Notes under the pieces: generated by a model
Seen by the model: only the letters and a program-made list of their open reading frames with translations
What the model was told of the DNA's origin: nothing
Databases searched by the model: none
Translations under genes and position numbers: made by a program
Shown: piece after piece, positions 20,210 to 31,146 of the stretch
Layout: each line of letters opens with the position of its first letter
Numbering within the stretch: position 1 is the first letter of the stretch
Source of the DNA: Nitrospirota bacterium
GTDB lineage: Bacteria > Nitrospirota > Nitrospiria > Nitrospirales > Nitrospiraceae
Assembly (NCBI GenBank): GCA_963703955.1
Contig: CAVPGK010000026.1
Span: 1 to 64,000 of the forward strand
Direction of reading: 5' to 3'
Length of the DNA stretch: 64,000 bases

Positions 20210-21852
20210 GTTCTCCGGCCGTAGGATGATTCGAGACGGAACCAGAAAAACCCGTATGGCGTGAGGCTCAGCTGGTAGGGATGCTCGGCAATGCGGGGAA
20301 ACCGGGTTTCGCCGAGCAGCTCGATCACGTCGGCGCCGATGAAGCGACGAAGGTCCAGCTCGACCGGCTGCGCCGTACCGGCGAGATTATGGACGATCAG
20401 CAGGATTTCACCTTCGTACTTCCGGACGTACGCGAGAATTGATCGGTTGGACGGTTTGAGAAATTCCAGCGTGCCGCGCCCGAACGTCTTATGCTTCTTC
20501 CGGGCGGCAATGACCCGCTTGGTCCATTTGAGCAGCGAGTTCGGCACCCGCTGTTGGGCCTCCACGTTCAAGGCCTGGTAGCCATAGACCGGGTCCACGT
20601 TCAACGGCGAATACAATTGGGCGGTCTCGGCGGTGCTGAATCCCGCGTTGCGGTCACCCGTCCATTGCATCGGGGTCCGTACCCCGTTCCGATCCCCCAA
20701 ATAAATATTGTCGCCCATGCCCAGTTCGTCGCCGTAGTAGAGGACCGGCGTGCCCGGCATGGTCAACAGGATACTGGTCAGCAGCTCGATTTTGCGCCGG
20801 TCGTTATCCATCAGGGGGGCCAGCCTGCGGCGGATCCCGATGTTGATCTTCATGCGGGGGTCCGTCGCATATTCACGGTAGAGATAGTCGCGCTCGTCGT
20901 CGGTGACCATCTCCAATGTCAGCTCATCGTGATTTCTGAGAAACAGCGCCCATTGGCAGATCGGAGGGATCGGCGGTGTTTGCGACAGAATGTCGGTGAT
21001 CGGCAGGCGGTCGGCTTTCTTGATGGCCATGAAAATCCGCGGCATGAGCGGAAAATGAAACGCCATGTGGAACTCGTCGCCGTTCCCGAAGTACGGGCGC
21101 ACGTCCACGGGCCACTGGTTGGCCTCGGCGAGCAGCATGCGATCCGGGTACTCGGCGTCCACGGCTCGGCGGATCTCTTTCAAGACCGAGTGGGTCTCGG
21201 GCAGGTTTTCGCAGGTGGTGCCTTCGCGCTCGATCAGATAGGGGACCGCATCCACCCGTAATCCATCCACTCCCTTGTCCAGCCAAAACTTCAGAACCTT
21301 AAGAACCTCGGTGTTCACGTGAGGGTTATCGTAGTTCAGGTCCGGTTGGTGGGAGAAGAACCGATGCCAGTAGTAGAGCTTGGCCTCGGGATCCCACGAC
21401 CAGTTCGAGCGCTCCGTGTCGGTGAAAATAATGCGGGTCTTATCGTACTTCTTGTCGGTGTCGCTCCAGACATAGTAATGCCGATGGAGCGAGTCCGGGT
21501 TCCGGCGGGCTTCTTGGAACCAAGGATGCTGATCGGAGGTATGGTTGATGACCAGCTCTGTGATGATGCGAAGACCGCGCTGATGGGCTTCGCTAAGGAA
21601 GGTTTGGAAATCCTTCAGGGTGCCGTAATCCTTGTGAATGTCCAGGTAATCAGAAATGTCGTACCCGTCGTCCTTGAGGGGTGAGGGATACATGGGGAGC
21701 AGCCACAGCGCGGTGACACCGAGGTCCTGCAGATAGTCGAGTTTCTCCGTGAGTCCACGGAAATCTCCAATGCCGTCGGCGCTGCCATCGTGAAACGCCT
21801 TCACGTGCAGTTCATAGATAATGGCGTCCTTGTACCAGAGGGGATCAGACAT
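20206..21852 (-). CDS. treS: Trehalose synthase (maltose alpha-D-glucosyltransferase)
   Basis: [34 protein letters not shown]. Confidence 0.96.
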   Translation of the reverse strand: MSDPLWYKDAIIYELHVKAFHDGSADGIGDFRGLTEKLDYLQDLGVTALWLLPMYPSPLKDDGYDISDYLDIHKDYGTLKDFQTFLSEAHQRGLRIITELVINHTSDQHPWFQEARRNPDSLHRHYYVWSDTDKKYDKTRIIFTDTERSNWSWDPEAKLYYWHRFFSHQPDLNYDNPHVNTEVLKVLKFWLDKGVDGLRVDAVPYLIEREGTTCENLPETHSVLKEIRRAVDAEYPDRMLLAEANQWPVDVRPYFGNGDEFHMAFHFPLMPRIFMAIKKADRLPITDILSQTPPIPPICQWALFLRNHDELTLEMVTDDERDYLYREYATDPRMKINIGIRRRLAPLMDNDRRKIELLTSILLTMPGTPVLYYGDELGMGDNIYLGDRNGVRTPMQWTGDRNAGFSTAETAQLYSPLNVDPVYGYQALNVEAQQRVPNSLLKWTKRVIAARKKHKTFGRGTLEFLKPSNRSILAYVRKYEGEILLIVHNLAGTAQPVELDLRRFIGADVIELLGETRFPRIAEHPYQLSLTPYGFFWFRLESSYGRRT

Positions 21853-21946
21853 AGCGGCTGCTGAAACTGCCCTCCGAATTCGTTATCGGACTTGTTGGCT
21901 GCCATTGTGAGCAGCCTGTAAGGCCCGTCGGGCCCGTCGGCGCGTG

Positions 21947-23980
21947 TTACATAAAATAATCAAATTGTTGCTCTCGATGAGTCCAGCGACGGACGGCAAA
22001 AATGGCGGCCGGCTCGTGTTGGGGGTCCAAGTGGATCGAATGCGTGGGTCCCTTGATTAGGTCACGCCGATCCGTGATCAGCTCATGGAGTTGGTAGGTG
22101 TCCTCCGGCGTGATCCCTAAGTCGGTCAAGGGCACACGAAGGGTCGCGGTCTGAGCCTGAAACGGATTCAAGCTCACCGCAACCAGAATCGTGTTCCGAC
22201 GGTCCAGCGTCGTCTTCCCATAAAAGATCACATGGTCATTGTCGGACTCGTAAAAGGTGAGGTTTTCGTATTCATGCAAGGCGGTATTGTCGCGACGGAT
22301 GCGGTTGATCCGTCCGATGTAGTCACTGATCGATCCCGGACGATCCCAGTCCCACACCTTGTACTCATATTTTTCCGAGTTCAAATATTCTTCCGTCCCT
22401 GGTACGGCGCGGTTTTCACACAGCTCATAGCCGCTATAGATGCCGTATGAGGGAGAGAGCGTGGCAGCGAGGACCACTCGCAACTTGAACGCCGGCCGGC
22501 CTCCGTGCTGCAGAATCTCGGGGAGAATATCCGGCGTGTTGGTGAAAAAATTGGCCCGGAAGTATTCCTTAATCTCGCCGCGGGTCAACTCGGTGAGGTA
22601 GTCGGTCAATTCTCTTTTGAAATTGCGCCAGGTGAAATAGGTGTACGACTGGCTGAACCCGGACATCGCGAGCGCCTGCATCATCTTGGGGCGGGTGAAG
22701 GCCTCGGACAGAAAAAACACGTCAGGATATTCCGTTTGGATCTCCCGGATCAACCAGGCCCAGAACGCCACCGGTTTGGTGTGCGGATTATCGACCCGAA
22801 AGATCTTGACGCCATGCCCGATCCAGAAGCGTATGACCCGCTTCATTTCCTCCCAGAGGCTCCGCCAATCCTCGCAGTAGAAGTTCAGCGGATAAATGTC
22901 TTCATACCTTTTGGGAGGATTCTCGGCGTATTTAATGGTGCCGTCGGGACGGTGGTAGAACCATTCGGGGTGCTGCGTGACGTAGGGATGATCGGGCGAA
23001 CAATTGATGGCAAAGTCGAGCGCGATTTCCATGCCGTGGCGATGGACGGCATCGACAAAGCGGTTGAAGTCCGCCAGTGTCCCCAACGTCGGTTCGATCG
23101 CGTCGTGCCCGCCTGTTTCGTTCCCGATCGCGTACGGACTGCCGGGATCGTTGGGGCTCGCCTGCAAGCTGTTGTTAGGACCTTTCCGATTGGTGCGCCC
23201 GATGGGATGAACGGGCGGCAGGTACAGGACATCGAATCCCATGGCCTGGATGGCGGGTAGTCGGGCCGCGCAGTCTGTGAACGTGGCGCTTCGACCCCTG
23301 ACGGTGCCCTGGGATCGTGGAAACATCTCATACCATGTGCCGTAGCGGGCTCGGATCCGGTCGACCACGACCTCCAATTCGTTCGGGTAAACGGTGAGCA
23401 CGGCCCGCTCCTCATGCCGGCGGACAAGTTCGGCGATTTCTTCGTCAAGGGCGATCCGAAGCCGCTCTTCCTGCGAGCCCGCGCTTTTCCACCTCGCCAG
23501 ATAGTCCCGGAGTCGGGATTGCGCCTGACCATGGGCGCGCGCGGCCGCGGCTTCGACCAAAGCCAACCCTTCCAGTAATTCACTACGGAGGTCGGACTGA
23601 CTCTGGCGCTTTTTGGTGATTTCTTGCCGCCAGCTTTCGAAGGTGTCCACGAATGCGGCGATGGTGTACAGGTAGCGGGTATTTTCGGTGAGATCGAACC
23701 AGCCGAGCCAGCGGTCGTTTCCGGTCGGCGCCATCGGGGTTTCCTGCCAGGTCGAGTCCTTGATCGTCCGGTATCTCAACACGGCCACGACGACATCGTG
23801 CCCTTCCTTGAAAATGTCCGCCGACACCTCCAACCGGTCACCGACTTCCCGCTTCACTGGGTAACGTCCCCCCTCGAGCTCCGGCGCAACGTGCTGGATG
23901 ATGATCGTGTCCAGCGTGGCCGGCATGGAGGAAGGGGCCACTTCAGGAACAGGGGTTGAAGTGAACGGTTTTGCTTGCAT
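21947..23980 (-). CDS. glgE: Alpha-1,4-glucan:maltose-1-phosphate maltosyltransferase
   Basis: WYEMFPRS, YAENPPKRYEDIYP, FRVDNPHTKP, FLSEAFTRP. Confidence 0.96.
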   Translation of the reverse strand: MQAKPFTSTPVPEVAPSSMPATLDTIIIQHVAPELEGGRYPVKREVGDRLEVSADIFKEGHDVVVAVLRYRTIKDSTWQETPMAPTGNDRWLGWFDLTENTRYLYTIAAFVDTFESWRQEITKKRQSQSDLRSELLEGLALVEAAAARAHGQAQSRLRDYLARWKSAGSQEERLRIALDEEIAELVRRHEERAVLTVYPNELEVVVDRIRARYGTWYEMFPRSQGTVRGRSATFTDCAARLPAIQAMGFDVLYLPPVHPIGRTNRKGPNNSLQASPNDPGSPYAIGNETGGHDAIEPTLGTLADFNRFVDAVHRHGMEIALDFAINCSPDHPYVTQHPEWFYHRPDGTIKYAENPPKRYEDIYPLNFYCEDWRSLWEEMKRVIRFWIGHGVKIFRVDNPHTKPVAFWAWLIREIQTEYPDVFFLSEAFTRPKMMQALAMSGFSQSYTYFTWRNFKRELTDYLTELTRGEIKEYFRANFFTNTPDILPEILQHGGRPAFKLRVVLAATLSPSYGIYSGYELCENRAVPGTEEYLNSEKYEYKVWDWDRPGSISDYIGRINRIRRDNTALHEYENLTFYESDNDHVIFYGKTTLDRRNTILVAVSLNPFQAQTATLRVPLTDLGITPEDTYQLHELITDRRDLIKGPTHSIHLDPQHEPAAIFAVRRWTHREQQFDYFM

Positions 23981-24089
23981 GACGTGAAGAATTACCCTCA
24001 CCGCTCGTGACGGGTAGGTGCCGCGGGATGCTCAAGCAGGCCGAATCTTATCCAACCGCCATCCCTTTTGACCATCTTGACCATCCGTA

Positions 24090-25289
24090 TTAGGTTTGGT
24101 TCATCAAGATCATCAGTGAAAGATAATCTTCCAGATGTCTGGTGATCAAAAAATTTTGGCGCACCCGTTCACGCGCCCGACGTCCCATTTCTTCGGCGAT
24201 CGACGGGTTATTCAAGAGGTAGCGGGCATAGAACGCAGTGCCCTCGACGGAGTTTACGGTATAGCCGGTTTGGCCGTACACGACCTGCAAGGTAATCCCG
24301 CCGGTCTCTCCGCCGATCACCGGTTTGCCCTTCCACATCGCTTCGGCCACCGTGAGCCCGAACCCTTCTCTCTTGGACTTTTGAAAGATCAGGGTGGCGC
24401 TCCGTTGAAGCGCGTTGATTTCCAGGTGCGAGCCCGGATCGAGCAGGAGCACGTGAATGTCATCGTCTTTGTCCGCCGCCTGTCGGACGGCCTGGAGGAC
24501 AGCGAGATCCTCATGTTCTTCCGGAGGAACGCCGGCCAAGACGAGCCGGCAGTCGTGATGTGATTTGATGAGCCGGAAGGCTTCAATGACGCCCAGGGGA
24601 TCTTTGAACCGGTTGAACTTGGAGACTTGAAGCAAGATGGGCTTGTCGCGCGGAATCTGGAGCTTGTCGAAGATCTGGTCCATTTCGGCCTGCGCCAAAT
24701 CGCGGTTCTTGTCGCTCAAGGGATCGATGGACGGATAGATCAAAAACTGCGGGACTGGGAGCGGCTGGGCAAACTGAGGCAACGAAAAGACCGCTGCGTC
24801 GTACTTCGCCACATAGGGACGGAGAAAATTCCAGACCTTGCGTTGCGGTCGGGACAGGTCGAGATAGCAACGCCATATCCATCGAGAGTCCGTCGGTGCT
24901 TGGTCGATCAGAGCCAACGGGTGAGGATCATGCGTGACGACGCCGTCTGCGCTCAAATCGAGCCTGCTGGCATTCTGCCGGATGCACTCGAGGTAGGTGT
25001 TGATCAAGCTGTCCGTGACCGTGACATCTTCACCCTGCAGGCCGTCACGGAAGACCCGAACTGCGTGATGGAATGGCTCGGGTCCTTCCATCACGTTCCA
25101 CTGGACCTGCAGCCCGAGTCCGAGCAGGATTGGCGTTAGGTTGTGGAGGATTTCGGCTGCCCCACCACCGGTCCGACTGGAGCTGATATGGAGTACACGC
25201 CTTCCCTTGACCTGTTTGCTCAATTGGTACAGCAGGTCCACTCGGCCTGGGGGCGCGATGCTCCGATAGGCACCTAAGTCTGTGGGCAT
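24090..25289 (-). CDS. treT: GT4 glycosyltransferase, TreT-like
   Basis: GGG.AEIL, HDP.P, PSIDPLS.KN, KDPLGVI, REGFGLTVAEAMWKGKPVIG. Confidence 0.8.
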   Translation of the reverse strand: MPTDLGAYRSIAPPGRVDLLYQLSKQVKGRRVLHISSSRTGGGAAEILHNLTPILLGLGLQVQWNVMEGPEPFHHAVRVFRDGLQGEDVTVTDSLINTYLECIRQNASRLDLSADGVVTHDPHPLALIDQAPTDSRWIWRCYLDLSRPQRKVWNFLRPYVAKYDAAVFSLPQFAQPLPVPQFLIYPSIDPLSDKNRDLAQAEMDQIFDKLQIPRDKPILLQVSKFNRFKDPLGVIEAFRLIKSHHDCRLVLAGVPPEEHEDLAVLQAVRQAADKDDDIHVLLLDPGSHLEINALQRSATLIFQKSKREGFGLTVAEAMWKGKPVIGGETGGITLQVVYGQTGYTVNSVEGTAFYARYLLNNPSIAEEMGRRARERVRQNFLITRHLEDYLSLMILMNQT

Positions 25290-25341
25290 GGGCCTCCCCG
25301 ATGGCTGTGTTCTTGTGCGGTCTTACGATCCGCAGAAGTCG

Positions 25342-26016
25342 TCAATTAGCTTGTGCAAGCCATGCGTCGAGAACGGCGAGGTTTCGCGTTCGAATCCCTT
25401 CGAGCGTCAGCCCCAACGGTTGAATAGCGGCGATCTGCTCAGCCAGTTTCGGGAGTGACAGCCCTAGATCGGAGCCGATCCAAGTAATGAAATCTCCGCT
25501 TCGCCGACCTTTCCGGATCTTGGCTTCGCAAATATGGTTGAACAGCGCGCTTCGATCGACGGTCGAGAGCTGATCACGGAACTCCTTCAGGCTCCCGGCG
25601 CTGAGTTCGAGATCGACTTCGATGATGTGAGATCGGATAAACTCGAAGGGTTCCCCATGAATCAGCCGGGGGACGTTCCACAGGGACTTGAGATGGTCGT
25701 CGATGGTCGACACGATCTGTGCGCGCAGGGATTCCACATCTTTGAACTCGAACGGGTCGATGAGCCCGAGTCGCTCGCTGAGAACTCGATCCCGAACCGA
25801 CACAGCCGCCCATGTGGCAAAATCGCTGGGAAACAGCGTGGGAGCGTATTCGTTCCGCAGGAAGTAACTGTGAGTGTGGTAGTAGATCGAGTCCAGCGGC
25901 GCGTCTTCGATCGCCACCATGAGTTGCTGGACGTCTGCGGCTTTGCGGCCCAGCATCTCGCGCAGTTCGAGGCACCCGATGAAACGGAAAGGAGTCGCCG
26001 CTTTTCTGTCACCCAT
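25342..26016 (-). CDS. DUF5752-like protein (TreT-associated)
   Basis: PF.F, SIYYH.H and SDFA.W motifs in two internal repeats; directly upstream of treT. Confidence 0.7.
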   Translation of the reverse strand: MGDRKAATPFRFIGCLELREMLGRKAADVQQLMVAIEDAPLDSIYYHTHSYFLRNEYAPTLFPSDFATWAAVSVRDRVLSERLGLIDPFEFKDVESLRAQIVSTIDDHLKSLWNVPRLIHGEPFEFIRSHIIEVDLELSAGSLKEFRDQLSTVDRSALFNHICEAKIRKGRRSGDFITWIGSDLGLSLPKLAEQIAAIQPLGLTLEGIRTRNLAVLDAWLAQAN

Positions 26017-26344
26017 GAGGAGGACCACCTCGTAGCGCATTGCCTTCGGCTTTCAGGGCGTCTTTTGTGGCGCCGAGCACGGCGCCGAGCCGAGACGCCG
26101 TCTGCCTAATTGTCTGCCGGGCATCCTTTCCCAACGCACCGAGAGCCTCACGGGCTTCAACGGCCACATCGGCGAGCTCTCCCTGCGCGATTCTCACGCC
26201 TTGCTTCAGCCGTTTGCGCATTCGAGGCCCTGATTCAGGAGCCATCAACAGCGCCGCCCCCGCACCGAGAAGCGTGCCTGTGAAGAATGCAAACATCAGC
26301 GCGCCGCATGAAAATCCTTCGTGCCCACGTTGATCACGTTCCAT
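26009..26344 (-). CDS. YtxH-domain protein
   Basis: AF..G.LLGAGAALLMAPESG...R..L; AAGGAGG RBS. Confidence 0.8.
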   Translation of the reverse strand: MERDQRGHEGFSCGALMFAFFTGTLLGAGAALLMAPESGPRMRKRLKQGVRIAQGELADVAVEAREALGALGKDARQTIRQTASRLGAVLGATKDALKAEGNALRGGPPHG

Positions 26345-26578
26345 CACCTGTTCCTCCTTCTTACTCACACGCTCTCGTCCTGCCCGCTGACAGTTTCCTG
26401 GCACATGCCAGGACGGCGGCTCCACTGCCGATCGCCGCGCCTGCCAGAAAGGCAAGAGTGAGCGCAACATGCTGTCTATTGGCTGCCAGTTTGCTCCAGA
26501 CGGACCGTCCGTTGTGAGACCGGACATGCGCCTCACCGCCCAGCCATGCCGACCGGTACTCATTATGACCGCGTGCAA

Positions 26579-29536
26579 TCATTGTATCCTCTCCAAGACG
26601 GCGACGGGACAATCTCGGAAGATCTCGGCCAAAGGTAAGGCAGGACGGTGCTCCACCTTACCGGGTGACAACACCTCTCCGGTGAAGATATGACGATACT
26701 GAACGACCTGGGGCTCCGTCGCGACCCAGGTATCTTTCCACACCTCTGGTCCCAAAGGTGCGACCCCATTGTCCTGCAGCAGGCCGATCAGACGAGGAAC
26801 AATGGTGAGAATCGACTGCTTATCCTGCAGAAGGCCATAGATCAGACGAGGAACGACGGTCAGAATCGACTGCCCGTCGTGAATTCGCGCAAACGCGCAC
26901 ACATGGGCCCGATGTCTACCACCCGTCTCGAGAGGAAGATAACTCCCCTGCTGGAAGAGCGCAACATGAGCGCGCCGATGATGGAGCGCCATCATCGTCA
27001 GGTACAGTTTGATCCGGCCGTCCATCCATCCCTTCAGAAGCTCCTGGACCAGCAAGCGTCGGTCGGATCCAGCCTGCTCACAGGCGCGGCGAAGCTCCGC
27101 TAAGAGGCGACGGCGAAGATCATAGTCCACGGGCCGACGATTGTCAGGATCGACCAAGCTGAAATCCCACAGGTCCGTGCCTTGATAGAAATCAGGCACA
27201 CCTGGAGCCGTGATCTTGAGCACCACTTGAGCAAGGGCATTATACATACCGATCTCGGCCACCTGCGTCTGGAACGAATGGAAACCCTCAAGAAACGGGT
27301 TCGGTCTGGTTCGGTCCAGAATAGCCTCGATAAATTTCTCCACGCCTTGGTCATAGGCCGGATGGGGATTCACCCAACTGGTGTGCACTTTCATTTCATG
27401 GATGGCCTTAGTCATGTATGCCTGGATCCGATCGCAAAACACACGGTAGTCGCGTTCGTTGAGCGACTCCAGCGGCCAGGCGCCGACTAGGGTTTGGTAC
27501 AGAAGATATTCGTCGTTCCGATCCGGAACGGGCAGCCCGTCCAGGTCGGTCTTGTATTTCTTGTTCATTCTCCGCCAGCGGGCCAGATGCGCTTTCCACA
27601 AGCTCGGCATCTCGGATAGCGCATTGATGCGCGCGCGGACGTCTTCGCTCCGCTTCGAATCATGCGTGGAGGTTGTTGACAGCGCGTAGGGCCACCGTGT
27701 CTGTCGATGCTGCATCCACTCGTGAAAGGCGCGGACCGTCACGCCGAATTGTTCCGGATCTCCGCCGACCTCATTCAAAGAGAGCAGGCGATTGTAAATG
27801 TAGAGCGCCGTATCTTCGATGCCCTTGGCGGTTACCGGACTCGTCGTCTGCTGAAATTTCATGACGAATGCCAGCCGCTCATCATAATCCGGGCGGCGAC
27901 GATCTTCTGTTGTCGTGAGGAGGATGTCGCGGACGAAATCGAACACCAATCCGTTGACGGCGGGATTCCTCCGCTTCGCTTTCATCACGGCCAGTCGGAT
28001 ATACGCGTGGTCTCGATCGCTGACAGGCTCACCGTCCGAGCTGATGTAGGTGCGGTACACCGGAAAACAGGCAATGATCTCGCGTATCGCGTGGACGAGG
28101 CTGTTGAGCGTGAAGTCGCGCGAGCGGCGATCTCGCTCGGAGAGCCGGTTGAGCTGATGTCCCAGGACGTTGATCTCACTGGCCATCGATGCGCTCATGA
28201 TCAGCTTTTTCTTCTCATAGGCCAGATCTCCAAAATACGATCGCTGGCGGATGAACCTGGCGTAGATGTCATCGATCTTCGGCTCATTCACATTGTCGAC
28301 GAAGACCCCGTTGACCTCATTGAGGAACTCATACCCGGTCGTCCCGAAGACCGGCCAGGCGTCGGGGAGGTCTTCGCCCTTACCAAGAATCTTTTCCACC
28401 ACAAGATACAGCGAGCGCTCTGTGCTATCAACCCCGTCGCCGAGTTCGGTCCGCGCCCAGGCTTGTACCTGACGAAGATAGTGGCCCGGATTATAGAGGC
28501 CATCAACATGATCGATCCGAAGGCCTGTGACGCAGCCTTCCTGCACAAGCTTGAAAACCAAGCGATGGGCCTCCTTAAAAACGGCCGGATTCTCCATGCG
28601 GATCGCGGCCAGCTCATTGATGTCGAAGAACCGACGATAATTGATTTCTTCGGACGCGACGCGCCAGTAGGCCAGCCGATAGGCCTGATCGTTCAAGAGG
28701 GCGTCGAGCCGATCGAAGCTCGTGGGATCCTCTCTCTTCCCATTGAAGAGAACCACATTTGCATCCACGAATGCCGCGATGACGGGGCTTTCTCTGATAA
28801 GAGCGGCGAGTCGCCGCTTGATGATTTCCTTCTCGCGGTATTGCTCCTGAAGCTTGGAGGCATCCCGTTCGCTCCTGGGAGGAAGATGACCGAGGGCCGT
28901 GATGATGCTCTGCAACTCCTGCACGTGCGCGTTCTGCTCGCCGTGCTTCCGGAGCGGTTCATCGAGACGGTGCGTCAAGATTTGAGTCATGGATTTCGGC
29001 GCCACCGGGAGCTTGTAGTCGTAGTACCGGATGAAGAAGGCGCCTTCGTCATACATCAACGTGATTTCCTGGTTCTCGAGGACCACGCCGTAAAGATCTC
29101 CCAACATCGGCAGCAAGATCTTGTTCTCGAGTTCGGCTTTGACGGGATGCCAGTCGATATCGAAGAACCCGGCGTACACGGAACTAGGGCCGTTCTCCAA
29201 GACATCCAGCCACCAAGCGTTGCACGATCGCGCGATGCCCATGTGGTTGGGGACCACATCCAAAATGTGCCCCATGTCCTTCGCATGCAGGGCCTGGACA
29301 AACTCACGGTATTGGGATTCGGTGCCGACTTCAGGATTCAGCGACGTCGGGTCAGCGATGTCATACCCATGCTGGCTTCCCGGTGTGGCTTTCAGGTAGG
29401 AGGACGAATAACAGTCGGAAATCCCCAGCTCATGCAGGTACGGAACAAGACCTTGGGCGTCCTTAAATGTAAAAGATCGGTTGAACTGCAACCGATAGGT
29501 GGATATCGGAATGCGAGGCGAGGCCGTTGGTCTCAT
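26579..29536 (-). CDS. treY: Malto-oligosyltrehalose synthase
   Basis: STYRLQF, INYRRFFDIN.LA, GLRIDHVDGL, STHDSKRSEDVRAR. Confidence 0.96.
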   Translation of the reverse strand: MRPTASPRIPISTYRLQFNRSFTFKDAQGLVPYLHELGISDCYSSSYLKATPGSQHGYDIADPTSLNPEVGTESQYREFVQALHAKDMGHILDVVPNHMGIARSCNAWWLDVLENGPSSVYAGFFDIDWHPVKAELENKILLPMLGDLYGVVLENQEITLMYDEGAFFIRYYDYKLPVAPKSMTQILTHRLDEPLRKHGEQNAHVQELQSIITALGHLPPRSERDASKLQEQYREKEIIKRRLAALIRESPVIAAFVDANVVLFNGKREDPTSFDRLDALLNDQAYRLAYWRVASEEINYRRFFDINELAAIRMENPAVFKEAHRLVFKLVQEGCVTGLRIDHVDGLYNPGHYLRQVQAWARTELGDGVDSTERSLYLVVEKILGKGEDLPDAWPVFGTTGYEFLNEVNGVFVDNVNEPKIDDIYARFIRQRSYFGDLAYEKKKLIMSASMASEINVLGHQLNRLSERDRRSRDFTLNSLVHAIREIIACFPVYRTYISSDGEPVSDRDHAYIRLAVMKAKRRNPAVNGLVFDFVRDILLTTTEDRRRPDYDERLAFVMKFQQTTSPVTAKGIEDTALYIYNRLLSLNEVGGDPEQFGVTVRAFHEWMQHRQTRWPYALSTTSTHDSKRSEDVRARINALSEMPSLWKAHLARWRRMNKKYKTDLDGLPVPDRNDEYLLYQTLVGAWPLESLNERDYRVFCDRIQAYMTKAIHEMKVHTSWVNPHPAYDQGVEKFIEAILDRTRPNPFLEGFHSFQTQVAEIGMYNALAQVVLKITAPGVPDFYQGTDLWDFSLVDPDNRRPVDYDLRRRLLAELRRACEQAGSDRRLLVQELLKGWMDGRIKLYLTMMALHHRRAHVALFQQGSYLPLETGGRHRAHVCAFARIHDGQSILTVVPRLIYGLLQDKQSILTIVPRLIGLLQDNGVAPLGPEVWKDTWVATEPQVVQYRHIFTGEVLSPGKVEHRPALPLAEIFRDCPVAVLERIQ

Positions 29537-30804
29537 TGTGATACACCGGTCGGTGGTCGATTCGACGGCTGGTACCGATGGGGTGATCCTTGCGGAAGCA
29601 CGACGAGACCGGTCTTCCCGACTTGATAGCGATTCCGGTCGGAGGATGCATTATAGCCGATTTCGGTCCCGGGAGGAATGACGTTGAAACGATCGGCGAT
29701 CACCCGCCTGAGCTTCGATTTGGAACCGATCACCGCATCGTTCAGGATGATGCATTCATCGAGATGCGCTCCCGGTTCGATGGTCACATTTCGTCCGATC
29801 ACGGACCGACGGACCTCCGCATCAACGATGCGCGTTCCGGGTCCGATGAGGGCCTCATCGACCTGAGACCGGATCAGGCTGGCGGGCGGACCGTCATACC
29901 GATCGGTGACGATCGGCCACTGGCTGTTCCGCAAGTCGAAGATAGGTGATTCGCCCAGGACATCCATGTGCGCCTGCCAATAGGCTTCCAGCGTTCCCAC
30001 GTCCCGCCAGTAGCCACGCTCCTCATACGGATGCAGGCCCGGCGTATGATTGTCGCAGAAGTTGTAGGCCACGACCCGGTGGGTGGTGATGAGTTGCGAG
30101 ACGATGTCACGGCCGAAATCATGCGAGCCGGGGCGGGCGGCATCCCGTTCCAGAATCTGGACCAGAACCTGGGTGTTGAAAAGATAATTGCCCATGGAGG
30201 AGTAGGCTTTGGCCGCGTCGTGAGGCATGGGTTTGGGGGCGGTGGGTTTTTCTTCGAAGCCGATGATGCGATGGGATTGGCCCGGAGCGACATCGCGGCT
30301 CACCTCAATGATGCCGAATCCTTTGGCCGCCTCAAGGGGCACGGGAAGGGCGGCCACGGTCACATCGGCTCCGTGGTCTCTGTGGAACTGGAGCATCTGG
30401 CTGATGTCCATCCGATAAATATGATCCGCTCCGAAGACGGCGACCAGATCCGGAGCAAAATCACGAATGAGATTCAGGTTCTGGTACACGGCATCCGCAT
30501 TCCCCTCATACCAGCCTTCCCGCGATCTCATTTGAGGAGGGACGACGGACACAAAATTCTGCGGAAGCCGTCCTTCGATGCGCCATGCTCGGCGAAGATG
30601 CTCGATCAGCGATTGGGAGCGATACTGAACCAAGACATAAATCGCGTGGATCCCTGAGTTCAAGAAATTGCTGAGGACAAAATCTACAATCCGGTACTTG
30701 GCGGCGAAGGGAACCGCCGGTTTGCTGCGATGCTCGGTGAGCGGCATGAGCCGCTCTCCTTTCCCACCGGCCAAGATCATAGCGAGAACGTTGATTCGGT
30801 CCAT
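29533..30804 (-). CDS. glgC: Glucose-1-phosphate adenylyltransferase
   Basis: LAGGKGERL.PLT..RSKPAVPF, DHIYRMD, YWRDVGT. Confidence 0.96.
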   Translation of the reverse strand: MDRINVLAMILAGGKGERLMPLTEHRSKPAVPFAAKYRIVDFVLSNFLNSGIHAIYVLVQYRSQSLIEHLRRAWRIEGRLPQNFVSVVPPQMRSREGWYEGNADAVYQNLNLIRDFAPDLVAVFGADHIYRMDISQMLQFHRDHGADVTVAALPVPLEAAKGFGIIEVSRDVAPGQSHRIIGFEEKPTAPKPMPHDAAKAYSSMGNYLFNTQVLVQILERDAARPGSHDFGRDIVSQLITTHRVVAYNFCDNHTPGLHPYEERGYWRDVGTLEAYWQAHMDVLGESPIFDLRNSQWPIVTDRYDGPPASLIRSQVDEALIGPGTRIVDAEVRRSVIGRNVTIEPGAHLDECIILNDAVIGSKSKLRRVIADRFNVIPPGTEIGYNASSDRNRYQVGKTGLVVLPQGSPHRYQPSNRPPTGVSQ

Positions 30805-31146
30805 CAGACGCCGGCCGTCCCTCCAGTATTCCTCAGACCCTAGACACTACACAGGTCTCGATCATGCATGCAAGCACTAAACCGAAGTAGTGACCGTATT
30901 CTGTAAGAAAATTCCATTGAACCCTTCTCTCCCAAAATGGAACCTGAGCGCAGGAGGAAATCATCTTGTGCCAACGATTGTGATAAGGCAAAATGCCAGT
31001 TCCGCCGCAGCAATCAACACGGCGCAGATTTGTCTCGTCTCAGGCATCACTCTGGCACGCTGAGAGTGGGAACGGTTGAGGGATCACCGAGAATCTTATC
31101 TTCCAATCCTATCTTGGATCGTTCTACTGTTGTATGATAGGTCGTT

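Noticed and set aside
27707..29626. Long antisense ORFs (also 14626-15663, 56648-57697, 61132-62973)
   Set aside because: They shadow well-supported genes on the opposite strand and have no recognisable motifs.
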